Assembly (NCBI GenBank): GCA_965218425.1
Contig: OZ244621.1
Coordinates: 3,040,001-3,104,000 of the forward strand
Direction: 5' to 3'
DNA length: 64,000 bases
From: an uncultured Candidatus Binatia bacterium
GTDB taxonomy: Bacteria; Desulfobacterota; Binatia; UBA9968; CAXXLF01
Position numbers and translations under genes: made by a program. Below are positions 9,564-19,170 of this stretch, piece by piece. The notes beneath the pieces were generated by a model, which worked only from the letters and a program-made list of their open reading frames with translations, was not told the DNA's origin and ran no database searches. Within the stretch, counting starts at the first letter, position 1, and every line of letters begins with the position of its first letter.

Positions 9564-11120
9564 ATGATGATGAAACGAATTATGGTGATAACCGTTTGTT
9601 TCGGACTCCTTGTGGGTTTGGCACTGGAAGGCATTGCGGATCAGCCAAAGCGCGGTGGGACCCTTAGAATGGCCATCCGAAAAGACATCGATATTATGAA
9701 CCCGTTGGTCGGCACAAAGTCCACCGATGGGCGGATTCGCGAGCTGATGTTCGAGCCGTTGTTGGGGATCGACCTGCAAGGCAATGTCCACCCAAACCTG
9801 GCGGAGTCGTGGGAGATGTCTCAAGGCGGTAGGGTTTACACTTTCAAGCTCCGCAAAGGGGTGAAGTTCCACAACGGGAGAGAGATGACCGCAGAGGATG
9901 TAAAGTTTTCCATTGACTACACCCTGAACCCGAAGAATGGTGCCTACGGCTTGGTTCGGCTTGCCTTGTTAGACCGGGCGGAGGTGGTTGGCAAGTACCG
10001 CTTGAAGCTGTACCTGAAGAAAGCTGGCCCGGGTTTTCTCTCCGTGTTGACCAACATCCAAACCTTCTCAGTGGTTCCCAAAGAGTCACTGCCGGAGGGG
10101 ATCGAGAAACTCGTTAACTTTCCGCCCGGAACCGGTCCTTTTAAGCTGGTAGAATGGAAGCCTGGACGGCGAATCGTAATGGAACGTTACGACGACTACT
10201 GGGGGCATAAGGCTTATATCGATAAACTGGTTCTAAGGCCGGTGAGGGACGCGACGGTGCGTTTCACGGCGCTGCGGTCGGGAGATGTGGACTTGGTGGC
10301 ACGGACACCCCTGGAGTGGGTACGGCAGGTGGCCGACGGCAAGGTAAAGGGGGTCAAATTTTCTGCGGCTACTCATGCGGAATTTCGTAGCATTGAGTTC
10401 AACCTGGTTCGTCCGCCCTTTGACAACAAGAAGTTGCGCCAGGCCGTCGTCCATGCCGTTAATAAGAACGAGCTCCTGGAGGCCGGCTTCTTTGGCTTCG
10501 GCGATCCCACCGACCAAAAATACCCCAAAGGACATGCCTGGTACCTGGAGGGAGTGCCATCCTATACCTATGATCCCGATAAGGCGATGAAGCTGCTGAA
10601 AGAGGCCGGTTACAAAGGACAAGCCATCGAGATGTTGGTCCAACAGTCGGCGGCACGAGAGGCCGAGGCGGCCATGCTCCAGGCCCAGCTCAAGAAAGTG
10701 GGAATGAATATCAAGCTCGCTATGGTAGGACGTGGGGTCTACAATGCGCTCCTGCGCAAGGGCGAATTTTCCTTTCATGCCGGCGGTGGCAGCTACTACG
10801 CGGACCCTTCGATTACCTATGGGCCGGATCTCAGGTGTGCCCCGGACCTAAAGAAGCGCAGCAGCAATAACTCCGGATACTGCCGGCAGGAGATGGATAC
10901 CTTGCTCGATAAGGCGGAATCGGAATCGGATCCGGCTAAGAGAAAGATGCTGTTCAAACAGATCGTTAAGATATCAGTTGAAGATTTACCGGAAATGAAT
11001 ATTGGCTTTGGGCCACAGTTCTATACCTTCCGCGATTATATCAAGGGTTTTACCACTGACAGTGATGCTGCGTTTCGTTGGTGGGGAGGCGGGATAAGCC
11101 ACACGTGGATTGACAAGTAG
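9564..11120 (+). CDS. ABC transporter substrate-binding protein, peptide/nickel (SBP_bac_5) family
   Basis: PKRGGTLR, PNLAESWE, YTFKLRKGVKFHNG, PGTGPFKL, PPFDNKKLRQA. Confidence 0.92.
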   Translation: MMMKRIMVITVCFGLLVGLALEGIADQPKRGGTLRMAIRKDIDIMNPLVGTKSTDGRIRELMFEPLLGIDLQGNVHPNLAESWEMSQGGRVYTFKLRKGVKFHNGREMTAEDVKFSIDYTLNPKNGAYGLVRLALLDRAEVVGKYRLKLYLKKAGPGFLSVLTNIQTFSVVPKESLPEGIEKLVNFPPGTGPFKLVEWKPGRRIVMERYDDYWGHKAYIDKLVLRPVRDATVRFTALRSGDVDLVARTPLEWVRQVADGKVKGVKFSAATHAEFRSIEFNLVRPPFDNKKLRQAVVHAVNKNELLEAGFFGFGDPTDQKYPKGHAWYLEGVPSYTYDPDKAMKLLKEAGYKGQAIEMLVQQSAAREAEAAMLQAQLKKVGMNIKLAMVGRGVYNALLRKGEFSFHAGGGSYYADPSITYGPDLRCAPDLKKRSSNNSGYCRQEMDTLLDKAESESDPAKRKMLFKQIVKISVEDLPEMNIGFGPQFYTFRDYIKGFTTDSDAAFRWWGGGISHTWIDK

Positions 11121-11163
11121 CCGCGGCCGCCGAGAGAATCAGTATCAAGCAAAGGGGTTTGCG

Positions 11164-12291
11164 ATGAAGCGTCCTGTGAGCATGACAAAGGTCCCTCCCA
11201 TGACCAGTTACGAGGAGTGGATGAAAGGAGAGGGGATACCCGTGATTGAGGCAGAAGGTGGGATTGAAGACGTTAAAGAGGTTGACCGTAAACCCTGGGC
11301 CCGTACCGGTGGTAAGGGGGCGTTAATTTATTTGAAGGGGTTGAAGCAATCAGGCTTTACCGGAATGTATGTGGGGGAAATCGACCCGGGAAAGGTCCTC
11401 AACCCCGAGCGGCATCTCTATGAGGAACTGATCTACATTCTGAAGGGTCAGGGGGCCACTGAGATCTGGCAGGAGGGCCAACCTAAGAAGACTTTTGAAT
11501 GGGGTGAGGGGAGCTTCTTCGCTCCTTCATTAAATGCCTGGCATCGATTATACAACGTGGGTAAGGAACCGGTAATTTTCCTCGGTGTTACCAATGCTCC
11601 CATAGTGATGGATCTCTACCACAATCCGGACTTTGTTTTTGGAGATAGTTTTAAGTTCACAGACCGGTATGACGGCGAAGAGGACTACTTCAAAACAGCC
11701 AATCGGGTGGAACGGGGCAAAGGGGAACACTTGGTCTTGGAAACGAATTTCATTTCTGATCTGAAAAGCGCCTTCGTGGATCCCCGCAAGCGGCCAAAAG
11801 GGGAGGGTGTCCGGATCATGGGATTCGAGATCTCAGAAAACATCCTCACCGGGCATATCTCTGAGTGGCCGGTGGGTATGTACCATAAGGCCCACTATCA
11901 TGGACCAGGTGCTATACTCCTTGGCTTGAAATCGAAAGGTTATGTCCTAATGTGGCCCAAAGAGTTAGGGACTACTCCCTTTAAGGACGGGTATGGGGAT
12001 CAAGTTCTCCGGATCAACTGGGGAGATGGGGCAGTCTATAGCCCGGGAAACGGCTGGTTCCATCAACACTTTAACACCGGGGTAGAACCGGCACGCCACA
12101 TCGCCTTTCGTACCGGCGGTGCAAAGTATCGCATTGGGCTTCGCGGCAGCGACAACACAAGGGCCACCGTCACCAGTATCAAAGAGGGAGGTGCCATGAT
12201 CGAGTACGAAGATGAGGACCCCCAGGTGAGGCGAGACTTTGAGGAGGCGTTGCGGGAGGCCGGGATTGCCTGTGAAATGCCAACCCTATGA
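11164..12291 (+). CDS. Two-domain cupin protein
   Basis: ERHLYEELIY...WHRLYN and HKAHYHG...WFHQHFN cupin motifs; start placed at ATG 11164. Confidence 0.82.
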   Translation: MKRPVSMTKVPPMTSYEEWMKGEGIPVIEAEGGIEDVKEVDRKPWARTGGKGALIYLKGLKQSGFTGMYVGEIDPGKVLNPERHLYEELIYILKGQGATEIWQEGQPKKTFEWGEGSFFAPSLNAWHRLYNVGKEPVIFLGVTNAPIVMDLYHNPDFVFGDSFKFTDRYDGEEDYFKTANRVERGKGEHLVLETNFISDLKSAFVDPRKRPKGEGVRIMGFEISENILTGHISEWPVGMYHKAHYHGPGAILLGLKSKGYVLMWPKELGTTPFKDGYGDQVLRINWGDGAVYSPGNGWFHQHFNTGVEPARHIAFRTGGAKYRIGLRGSDNTRATVTSIKEGGAMIEYEDEDPQVRRDFEEALREAGIACEMPTL

Positions 12292-12448
12292 GAATTGTGG
12301 TTTTCGGAGCCAAGGGAGAGAGGACGGCCGGCCCCTTGGATACGAGCTAGTGTAAGGACCGCTCCCAATGAACGATCGAGAAGTTACCCTTCTGCGCCTT
12401 TGAAGCAGAGATCGGCCTGGTAAGAACGGTCTTCGCCAAGAAAAACCC

Positions 12449-13219
12449 ATGGACACACAGGCAACACAATTTCCAACTTTTGATTCGTTCAAGGTCTGGT
12501 TTGATGAGAAAACCAGGAGCCATCCATTTAGAACCGGCAAGATAGAAGGGCAGTTCCTGAAAGATTTTGTTCAGGGAAAGGTTCCCATTGACTTTCTCAA
12601 GCAGTACGTCCAACAAAATTATTTCTTCATCCAGAATACCAATGCCAGTTTGGCTTGGACACTCGTGAATCACCTTGATTTGTGGCGGCGACATCCCGAC
12701 CTTTACGATATGGTGGCCGCCAAGATAGGAGAGGAGTTTTGCGATCCTGGTCCGGGTGGTCATGGTCGCACCTATATTAAGTTCGCTCGCTATTTGGGTG
12801 TAAAAGACGAGGAACTTATCCATGCCAAGCCCATTCCTGAGATGGAAATCAGGTGGCTCAATGTAAGTAGCACATATCGCTCCCAACGACCCACTGTGTT
12901 AGCAGTGAGTTGGATCATGGAGGGGTTTGTTGGTTACGATATGAAGCTCTGGCGTGACATATTGCATGATAAGTATAGTGTCCCCGACGAATTCCTTGAG
13001 TTTTTTGATATTCATGTGAAGGCGGACCTTGAGGAGCATGGTCCCATGGGTGAGATGTTGCTGGCGAGACTCTATGAGCTGGGCTTGGTGCAGGAACAGG
13101 ACTACGACGAAATGAGGGCTTGGGTTGACAGGATCGGTAACGAAGCCCTGCAACGTGCCCGAGGCAACTCCTGGCGAGATGCCATCTATCTTCGATTCTG
13201 CGCAAGTCATGCCATCTGA
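12449..13219 (+). CDS. Heme-oxygenase-like putative diiron oxidase, paralog 2
   Basis: EEFCDPGPGGH, IMEG, FFDIHVKADLEEH; clear paralog of 8669..9436. Confidence 0.8.
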   Translation: MDTQATQFPTFDSFKVWFDEKTRSHPFRTGKIEGQFLKDFVQGKVPIDFLKQYVQQNYFFIQNTNASLAWTLVNHLDLWRRHPDLYDMVAAKIGEEFCDPGPGGHGRTYIKFARYLGVKDEELIHAKPIPEMEIRWLNVSSTYRSQRPTVLAVSWIMEGFVGYDMKLWRDILHDKYSVPDEFLEFFDIHVKADLEEHGPMGEMLLARLYELGLVQEQDYDEMRAWVDRIGNEALQRARGNSWRDAIYLRFCASHAI

Positions 13220-13356
13220 CTCGACCATGGAATCCTGTCTTGAAAATCGGGTACTCGTGCTTTCATGACCTCTAGAACTCGTCAGGATATAATCTAGAAC
13301 CATTGTGATCTGCGAAATGGAAATGTACGTTGCGAGATCAAGGGAGGGCGAAAAAG

Positions 13357-14778
13357 ATGGCCTACAATGACTTAAGAGAATTTACCGATGCGCTTGAGCA
13401 GGAAGGTGAGCTACATCGCATTACCGTGCCGGTAGATCGCGAGTGGGAGGTGGGGGCCATATGTCGCGAAGTATCGGACCGAAATGGGCCGGCGTTGTTG
13501 TTCGAGCGGGTAGGGGATTTTACAACGCCGTTGGTTACAGGTGTCCTGGGGACCCGCAAGCGTTACGGGAAGGCTTTAGATGTGGGACCGGACATTTCGA
13601 GCATTTCAAAACGTTGGGAACAGGCCTATGCCTGTCCGGTTTCTCCGCGGGAAACCACAAAAGCATCTTGCAAGGAGGTGATCCTACGGGATGTTGATTT
13701 TTTCAAGGATCCGTTTCCCATTCCCCGTTGGCATCACCTGGATGGAAAGTACATGCTGGGGACCTATCATGCTGTGATCACCCAGGACCCGGAGACAGGC
13801 TGGATTAACCTGGGAACCTACAGGAACGCCATCTTTGAGCCCAATATCCTTGGCTGTGCTTCTTCACCACGCCGCCACCTCTGGCAGCACTGGAGCAAGT
13901 ACAAGGCCATGGGCCGACCTATGCCCATTGCCATTGCCATTGGATTGGATCCCTATCTCGCGCTTGTTACTGTCAGTGCGGTGCCCCCGGGTATTGGGGA
14001 CTATGCCGTTGCGGGTGGTCTCAAACGGGGTCCTATTGAAACCGTGAAGGCTGAGACCAGCGATCTTCTGGTTCCGGCCCATGCGGAAATGATTATTGAA
14101 GGGGAAATGCCCACGGATAAAACCTACGAGTCTTCGGACGGACCCTTTGGTGAATTCGCAGGTTACATGGGCGGATCACGACCTCGTCACTGGTACATCG
14201 ATGCAAAGATGGTAACCCATCGGCAGAGTCCAATTTTTCAGGGAACCTACGAGGGGCGTGCCCCAAACGAGAGCACCACGGTGCGGGCCACGGGTGGATC
14301 CATGGGTTTAAAACAGTTTCTGCAAAAGTCCGGGATACCTGGGGTCGTTGGTGCCTGCATAACCGAAGGTGGTTGCGGCACGTTCCATGCCGTAGTGAGC
14401 ATCCAGAAATCCTATCCGGGACAGGTCCAGGATATCTTAAGCCTCGTGTGGGGTATGCCCACCCTGTCTGTCAAGCTATGTATTGTCGTGGACGATGACG
14501 TTGATCCGTGGAATCCTCAAAAGGTTGAATGGGCTTTGGCGACTCGGATGCAAGCGAGTCGAGATGTTGAGATCATTCGTCATAGCCGGGGCCTGGCCCT
14601 GGATCCGTCGAAACCGCCTTCCAATAGCCTGCGGTCTGACAAAATGGGTATCGACGCGACAAGGCCAGAGTTCGAATACAAGCAGGAAGATCAGGAGTTC
14701 CCGGCCTCGGCGGATCCTAATCAAGAACACCTGGAGCAGGTGCGCGGTCGCTGGAGTGAGTACGGATTTCGTTTCTGA
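13357..14778 (+). CDS. UbiD-family decarboxylase
   Basis: MAYNDLREF, NLGTYR, DGPFGEFAGY, IVVDDDVDP, WALATR, KMGIDAT. Confidence 0.92.
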   Translation: MAYNDLREFTDALEQEGELHRITVPVDREWEVGAICREVSDRNGPALLFERVGDFTTPLVTGVLGTRKRYGKALDVGPDISSISKRWEQAYACPVSPRETTKASCKEVILRDVDFFKDPFPIPRWHHLDGKYMLGTYHAVITQDPETGWINLGTYRNAIFEPNILGCASSPRRHLWQHWSKYKAMGRPMPIAIAIGLDPYLALVTVSAVPPGIGDYAVAGGLKRGPIETVKAETSDLLVPAHAEMIIEGEMPTDKTYESSDGPFGEFAGYMGGSRPRHWYIDAKMVTHRQSPIFQGTYEGRAPNESTTVRATGGSMGLKQFLQKSGIPGVVGACITEGGCGTFHAVVSIQKSYPGQVQDILSLVWGMPTLSVKLCIVVDDDVDPWNPQKVEWALATRMQASRDVEIIRHSRGLALDPSKPPSNSLRSDKMGIDATRPEFEYKQEDQEFPASADPNQEHLEQVRGRWSEYGFRF

Positions 14779-14797
14779 GAAGTTTTCAGTCTCTGGT

Positions 14798-15104
14798 AAC
14801 TTAACCGAAGAATTTCGCCAATTATCGCAGACGAAAAACAGCAAAGCGCATGGCGCAAAGCGTTAAGAAAACTTAACCGCAGACTCACGCAGATTAACGC
14901 AGACGAGAAATGGCAAAGACCAGAACGCAAAGCGTCCACTTTAAAGCCATCAGCTCTCAGCCTTCAGATCAGGACTTATGGTTACCATCTGCTAGCTTCT
15001 TTTTGTCTTGAAGTCCCGCCGTCAGTAGTCTTATTACGCTTTGCGCCATGCCCTTTGCGCTTAGCTGTTTAGGCTCAGTCCTCAGTACCCTCTACTCAGT
15101 GCTG
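14798..15104. repeat. Intergenic cluster of short direct, inverted and tandem repeats between convergent genes
   Basis: 41-nt direct repeat 14798-14838/14870-14910 (33/41); 23-nt inverted repeat 14841-14863/15036-15058 (22/23); CGCAGA and TCAG short-period units. Confidence 0.8.
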
Positions 15105-15134
15105 ATCTCGCTGTGCGCCCTCTGTTGATACTCT

Positions 15135-17450
15135 TTACGGTTTTTCAACGGGCGGTTTGACCATTGGTTCACCGAGGGCGCGCCACACCCTTTCGCTTTT
15201 GAGAGGCACGTGCTTGATCCTCACGCCGGTGGCGTTAAAGACCGCATTGCACACTGCAGGGGCCACCCCAAGAATTCCTCCCTCACCCACTCCCTTGGCC
15301 CCGTAAGGTCCCGGCCCGCCGGTGTCCTCACGAATTCGACTGGTAAAAACATGCGGCAGGTCACGGAAGCGAGGCAACCGATAATCCACCAGGTTAGGGT
15401 TGGCGAGTCGCCCGTCTTCGTAGAGTAACTCTTCAAACAGGCTTAGCCCAATGCCGAACACCGCCGCCCCCTCATCCTGTCCCCGGCAATGCACCGGGTG
15501 GATCATTTTTCCTGCATCTGTCACAGAGACGTATTTTAGAATCCTGATGGCCCCCGTCCATTCATCCACCTCCACCTCCGCCCCGCCAAAACCCACCTCC
15601 CAAAAAGGAGAGCGTTGCCCGAGGGGGACGTTTTCATCCCGGGTCTGGTTAAAACTACCCTGCCCCACCACTTCGCCGCCGAAATTTGCAAAACACAGAC
15701 GCATGACCTCCGGCAAACTCAGACTTTTTTCTTTAACGATGATTCTCCCTTCCCTGAGCTGGACTTCTTCCACAGGGACTCCCATTGCAGCGGCGGCTCC
15801 CGTCACTAGTTGCCGGCGCGCGTCCTGGGCCGCGCGCTGTACCGCCTGGCCCATGACGATGGTGGCGCTGCTCGCGTTGGTGGAATGATCATAGGGGGTG
15901 GAGTGGGTGTCCAGTGCCGCCACTTCCACTTTGTCTGCTGGTAGAGTCAGCTCTTCGGCGGTGACCTGAAGCATGGTGGTGCGCACACCCTGACCGATCT
16001 CCACGGATCCGGTGGAAAGAACCGCGCTGCCGTCGCTCATGATCCGTACTGTGGCGCTGGCTGACTTTCCTGACCCGCCGCCGTCTTTAACCGCACAGGC
16101 GATTCCTTTACCCCGTTTGAATCGTGGGTTCTTAGGGGCCTCTGCTTTTTTGTCCCATCCGATGGTTTCCACCAGCTCGTCTAACATAGCCTTGAGATCG
16201 CAATCGATGGGGGTATCCCCCGCGGCGTATTCATCGCCGCGACCCAGGAGATTGCGGCGTCTCAGTTCGACGGGATCCATCTCCAGCCGATGGGCGATGA
16301 TGTCAGCCTGGGATTCATAGGCAAAGGCGGCTTGGTGCCCGCCGAAGCCGCGGAAGGCTCCTGCCGGAACCGTATTGGTGTATACCGCGTAGGAATCCGT
16401 TTGGACGTAAGGGAGATGATAGGGCCCGTGGGCTCGATAGCCGGCTTTCTCCGCTACCGACGGCGTGCTGTAAACATAGGCTCCCGCATTTAAATAGACC
16501 TGGGACTGGCGCGCGACAAAAGTCCCGTCCTTCTTAACTCCGGTTTTGACTACAATCTTTATTTGCGGCTGGCAGATGGTTTTGAAATTCTCATCGGCAC
16601 TGAAGGCTACTCGCACTGGCCGACCCACGTATTGGGATAATGCCACAGCAAGAATGGAGGTGAGCCCGCCTTTAGCTCCGCCGTAACCGCCTCCCACGTG
16701 GGGGACAATGACGCGGATATGGCTCAAGGGCAACCCAAAGACCCGGGAAATCTCCTGGCGGGCAGAAAATGGCGCCTGACTAGGGCTCCATACGGTAACG
16801 GAGTCCCCTTCGAAGCTGGCCACAGAGATAGTGGGTTCCATGGGGTAGTGTTGGGCCGTGGGATAAAGGAACTCATCCTCAAAGATGACATCGGATTGAC
16901 GGAACCCTTCGTTTATGTCGCTCCGCTCGTAATGGAAGTGGTGACATATATTACTGTGCTCGTGCACGATATAGCTGGCCCCGGCGCCGTAAGCGGGAGG
17001 ACGGCTGCGCTGGATCTTGTCATGAACCAGCGGTGCAGCAGGACTCAGCGCGTCATCGACAGACATTACAGAAGGCAGTTCCTCATAGTCCACCTCGATG
17101 GCCCTGAGGGCCTCTTCCGCCGCGGCTTCGTCCAAGGCGGCCACCGCTGCCACCACGTCGCCGGCGTAGCGCGCCTTTTCTATGGCGATAAACGGTTGAT
17201 CCTTGATCATGGCGCCGATGTAAGGGGTTTCCACTTTCAAGTTGTCGCGGGTCAGGACTCCGACAACGCCGGGAATGCTTTCCGCTTTGCGGGAGTCGAT
17301 GCTGCGAATCCGTGCATGGGGGTAGGGGCAGCGTAGAACCTTACCTTGAACCATGCCGGGTAATCTAAGATCACCGGTATAGAGAGCCTTACCTCTAACC
17401 TTCTCCTGTCCGTCCACCCGGGAAACGTTTTCACCAATGACCTTGCTCAG
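15135..17450 (-). CDS. Xanthine-oxidase-family molybdopterin-binding large subunit (CoxL/CutL-like)
   Basis: IGENVSRVDGQEKVRG, VGGGYGG, GAFRGFG, GSVEIGQG, GPYGAKGVGE; probable CTG start at 17450. Confidence 0.92.
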   Translation of the reverse strand: MSKVIGENVSRVDGQEKVRGKALYTGDLRLPGMVQGKVLRCPYPHARIRSIDSRKAESIPGVVGVLTRDNLKVETPYIGAMIKDQPFIAIEKARYAGDVVAAVAALDEAAAEEALRAIEVDYEELPSVMSVDDALSPAAPLVHDKIQRSRPPAYGAGASYIVHEHSNICHHFHYERSDINEGFRQSDVIFEDEFLYPTAQHYPMEPTISVASFEGDSVTVWSPSQAPFSARQEISRVFGLPLSHIRVIVPHVGGGYGGAKGGLTSILAVALSQYVGRPVRVAFSADENFKTICQPQIKIVVKTGVKKDGTFVARQSQVYLNAGAYVYSTPSVAEKAGYRAHGPYHLPYVQTDSYAVYTNTVPAGAFRGFGGHQAAFAYESQADIIAHRLEMDPVELRRRNLLGRGDEYAAGDTPIDCDLKAMLDELVETIGWDKKAEAPKNPRFKRGKGIACAVKDGGGSGKSASATVRIMSDGSAVLSTGSVEIGQGVRTTMLQVTAEELTLPADKVEVAALDTHSTPYDHSTNASSATIVMGQAVQRAAQDARRQLVTGAAAAMGVPVEEVQLREGRIIVKEKSLSLPEVMRLCFANFGGEVVGQGSFNQTRDENVPLGQRSPFWEVGFGGAEVEVDEWTGAIRILKYVSVTDAGKMIHPVHCRGQDEGAAVFGIGLSLFEELLYEDGRLANPNLVDYRLPRFRDLPHVFTSRIREDTGGPGPYGAKGVGEGGILGVAPAVCNAVFNATGVRIKHVPLKSERVWRALGEPMVKPPVEKP

Positions 17451-17932
17451 GGGTTCCTCCTCAATTTCTCGGCGGCAGCCGTTACGGACTCGATAATCAT
17501 CTGGTATCCCGTGCAGCGGCAGAGGTTTGCGTCCATATACTCTCGGACTTCCTCTTCCGTGGGAACCTGTTTTTCGTCTAATAGCGATTTGGCCAACAGG
17601 ATCATGCCCGGCGTGCAAAAGCCGCATTGAAAACCGCCGCATTGAATAAAGGCTTCCTGAATGGGGTGAAGCCCTCCCTCAGGAGCAAGCCCTTCAATGG
17701 TAAGAACATCTTTGCCGTCCACGTCAAATGCAAATAGAGAACAGGAACTTGTGGCTTTGCCATTGACCAAGACGGTGCAGGATCCGCAGATCTCCATGTC
17801 ACAGGACCTCTTGGTGCCGGTAAGACCGAGGCGGTCACGGATCAAATCGATCAGAAGCTCCTGGGAAGGAACCTGCACGGCGTGCTGCTGGCCGTTCAGA
17901 CGAAAGCGGACGGAAACCACATTTTCATCCAT
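17447..17932 (-). CDS. 2x[2Fe-2S] small subunit (CoxS/CutS-like)
   Basis: GTKRSCDMEICGSCTV, QCGFCTPG, NLCRCTGY. Confidence 0.93.
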   Translation of the reverse strand: MDENVVSVRFRLNGQQHAVQVPSQELLIDLIRDRLGLTGTKRSCDMEICGSCTVLVNGKATSSCSLFAFDVDGKDVLTIEGLAPEGGLHPIQEAFIQCGGFQCGFCTPGMILLAKSLLDEKQVPTEEEVREYMDANLCRCTGYQMIIESVTAAAEKLRRNP

Positions 17933-18800
17933 TGCTTGTCCTCTCCCTGGAAACACGGCAAAGCCCATCAGCCACCAGCGCCTTTATGACCTGGCGTTTG
18001 TATTCCACCGAACCCCAAAGGTCCTCCACTGGATCGCAGAGGCCTGCCGCCTCTTGCGCCACTTCGGCCGACTCTGCGGCAATTTCTCTCGCCGTTTTCC
18101 CTTTCAACCTGTCTTCCACCGCAGCAACCCGAAAAGGCTTGGAACCCACGCAGCCCAAAGCAAGTCGAGTATCCGATGCCACCCCGTCGCTCCAGCCCAG
18201 GGCGAGGGCGGCGTTGGCCATGGGGCGCTCCGCCGGACAGAACCTCAGGTACGCGGCGCGGAAATTCGCAGGAAGCTTGTTCACTTCAATGGAGGTCACC
18301 ACCTCGTCTTCCGCGAGGGCGGTGCGGTAGTCATCGATGAAAAAGTCCGCAAGGTCAAGGGGCCTCTCCCCCCTCGTGCTCCGCGTGTTTACTCTTGCCC
18401 CATGTGCAAGGAGCAATGTGCCGGGGTCGGCATGGGGCTCGGCAAAGCAAAGGTTGCCAATCAAGGTGCCCACATTACGGACCCTCACGTTGGCCAGGGT
18501 CTGTTCCATCTCCACAAGGAGCGGAAAATGATCTCTCACCACCGGGGACTGCTCGATCCAACGGTGGGTTACCAGGGCCCCGATACGCAGAACCTGATCT
18601 TCCGAATCGAATTCGACGTCGTCTAGCCCCGCGACTTTCTTTAAATTTATGACGTGGGGCGACCTCACCAGGCCCAGTTTTAATAGCAGGATCAGCTCGC
18701 TTCCTCCTGCCAGGAGCTTCGCATCGCCGCCGTAACGACCCAGAAGGGAAGCAGCCTCTTCAATGGAACCTGGTTGGTGAAGGACAAAAGGTGAAATCAT
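17925..18800 (-). CDS. FAD-binding medium subunit (CoxM/CutM-like)
   Basis: KLLAGGSEL, RIGALVT, RVRNVGTLIGNLC, GSVEYKR. Confidence 0.92.
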   Translation of the reverse strand: MISPFVLHQPGSIEEAASLLGRYGGDAKLLAGGSELILLLKLGLVRSPHVINLKKVAGLDDVEFDSEDQVLRIGALVTHRWIEQSPVVRDHFPLLVEMEQTLANVRVRNVGTLIGNLCFAEPHADPGTLLLAHGARVNTRSTRGERPLDLADFFIDDYRTALAEDEVVTSIEVNKLPANFRAAYLRFCPAERPMANAALALGWSDGVASDTRLALGCVGSKPFRVAAVEDRLKGKTAREIAAESAEVAQEAAGLCDPVEDLWGSVEYKRQVIKALVADGLCRVSRERTSNG

Positions 18801-19170
18801 AAAGGCACTCCACTGAATAACTTACATGGAATTATTCGTGCAGATGGAGCCTATCACGGGGAAAGGGGATAAAGTCAAGGGGTTCTAGCGCCGGTTCATT
18901 AGTGCACATTCTATGCTCCTGCATTTTGGGGCTTGGGAGACGGCTCCCCTCGATCTTCCTCGCGGTTGCGAGCAACTTTCTTCGGTGCAAGCCCCCTTCG
19001 CCCCAAAACCGCAATGGACCAGGGGAGCTAGGCAGGTCGCCTCAGGTCACAGCAGTGCCAGTGAACTTGACTTTAAACCTCCCCATGGAATATGTGAGAA
19101 GGGGATTGGCAGGTTTTTATTACCAGTAAAGATAAAAATTAGATGTAAACTACTTACAAGGAGCACGCCG

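Noticed and set aside
14798..14910. Possible mini CRISPR array
   Set aside because: Only two degenerate copies, the spacer is itself a repeat arm, and there are no cas genes
17451..17642. N-terminal extension of the 835-aa Mo-subunit ORF
   Set aside because: It overlaps the 2Fe-2S gene in another frame; homology starts at about 17450
17697..18626. 309-aa plus-strand ORF, and similar long antisense ORFs such as 27521..28369 and 39267..40064
   Set aside because: Shadows of well-supported genes on the opposite strand, with no recognisable motifs
15135..18800. Aerobic CO dehydrogenase or 4-hydroxybenzoyl-CoA reductase
   Set aside because: No AYxCSFR loop and no [4Fe-4S] insert in the FAD subunit
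18913..19170. ORF-track N-terminal extensions of the cupin, uvrB (37938), rrf2 (54282) and sufT (60839)
   Set aside because: Family homology and RBS position favour downstream starts
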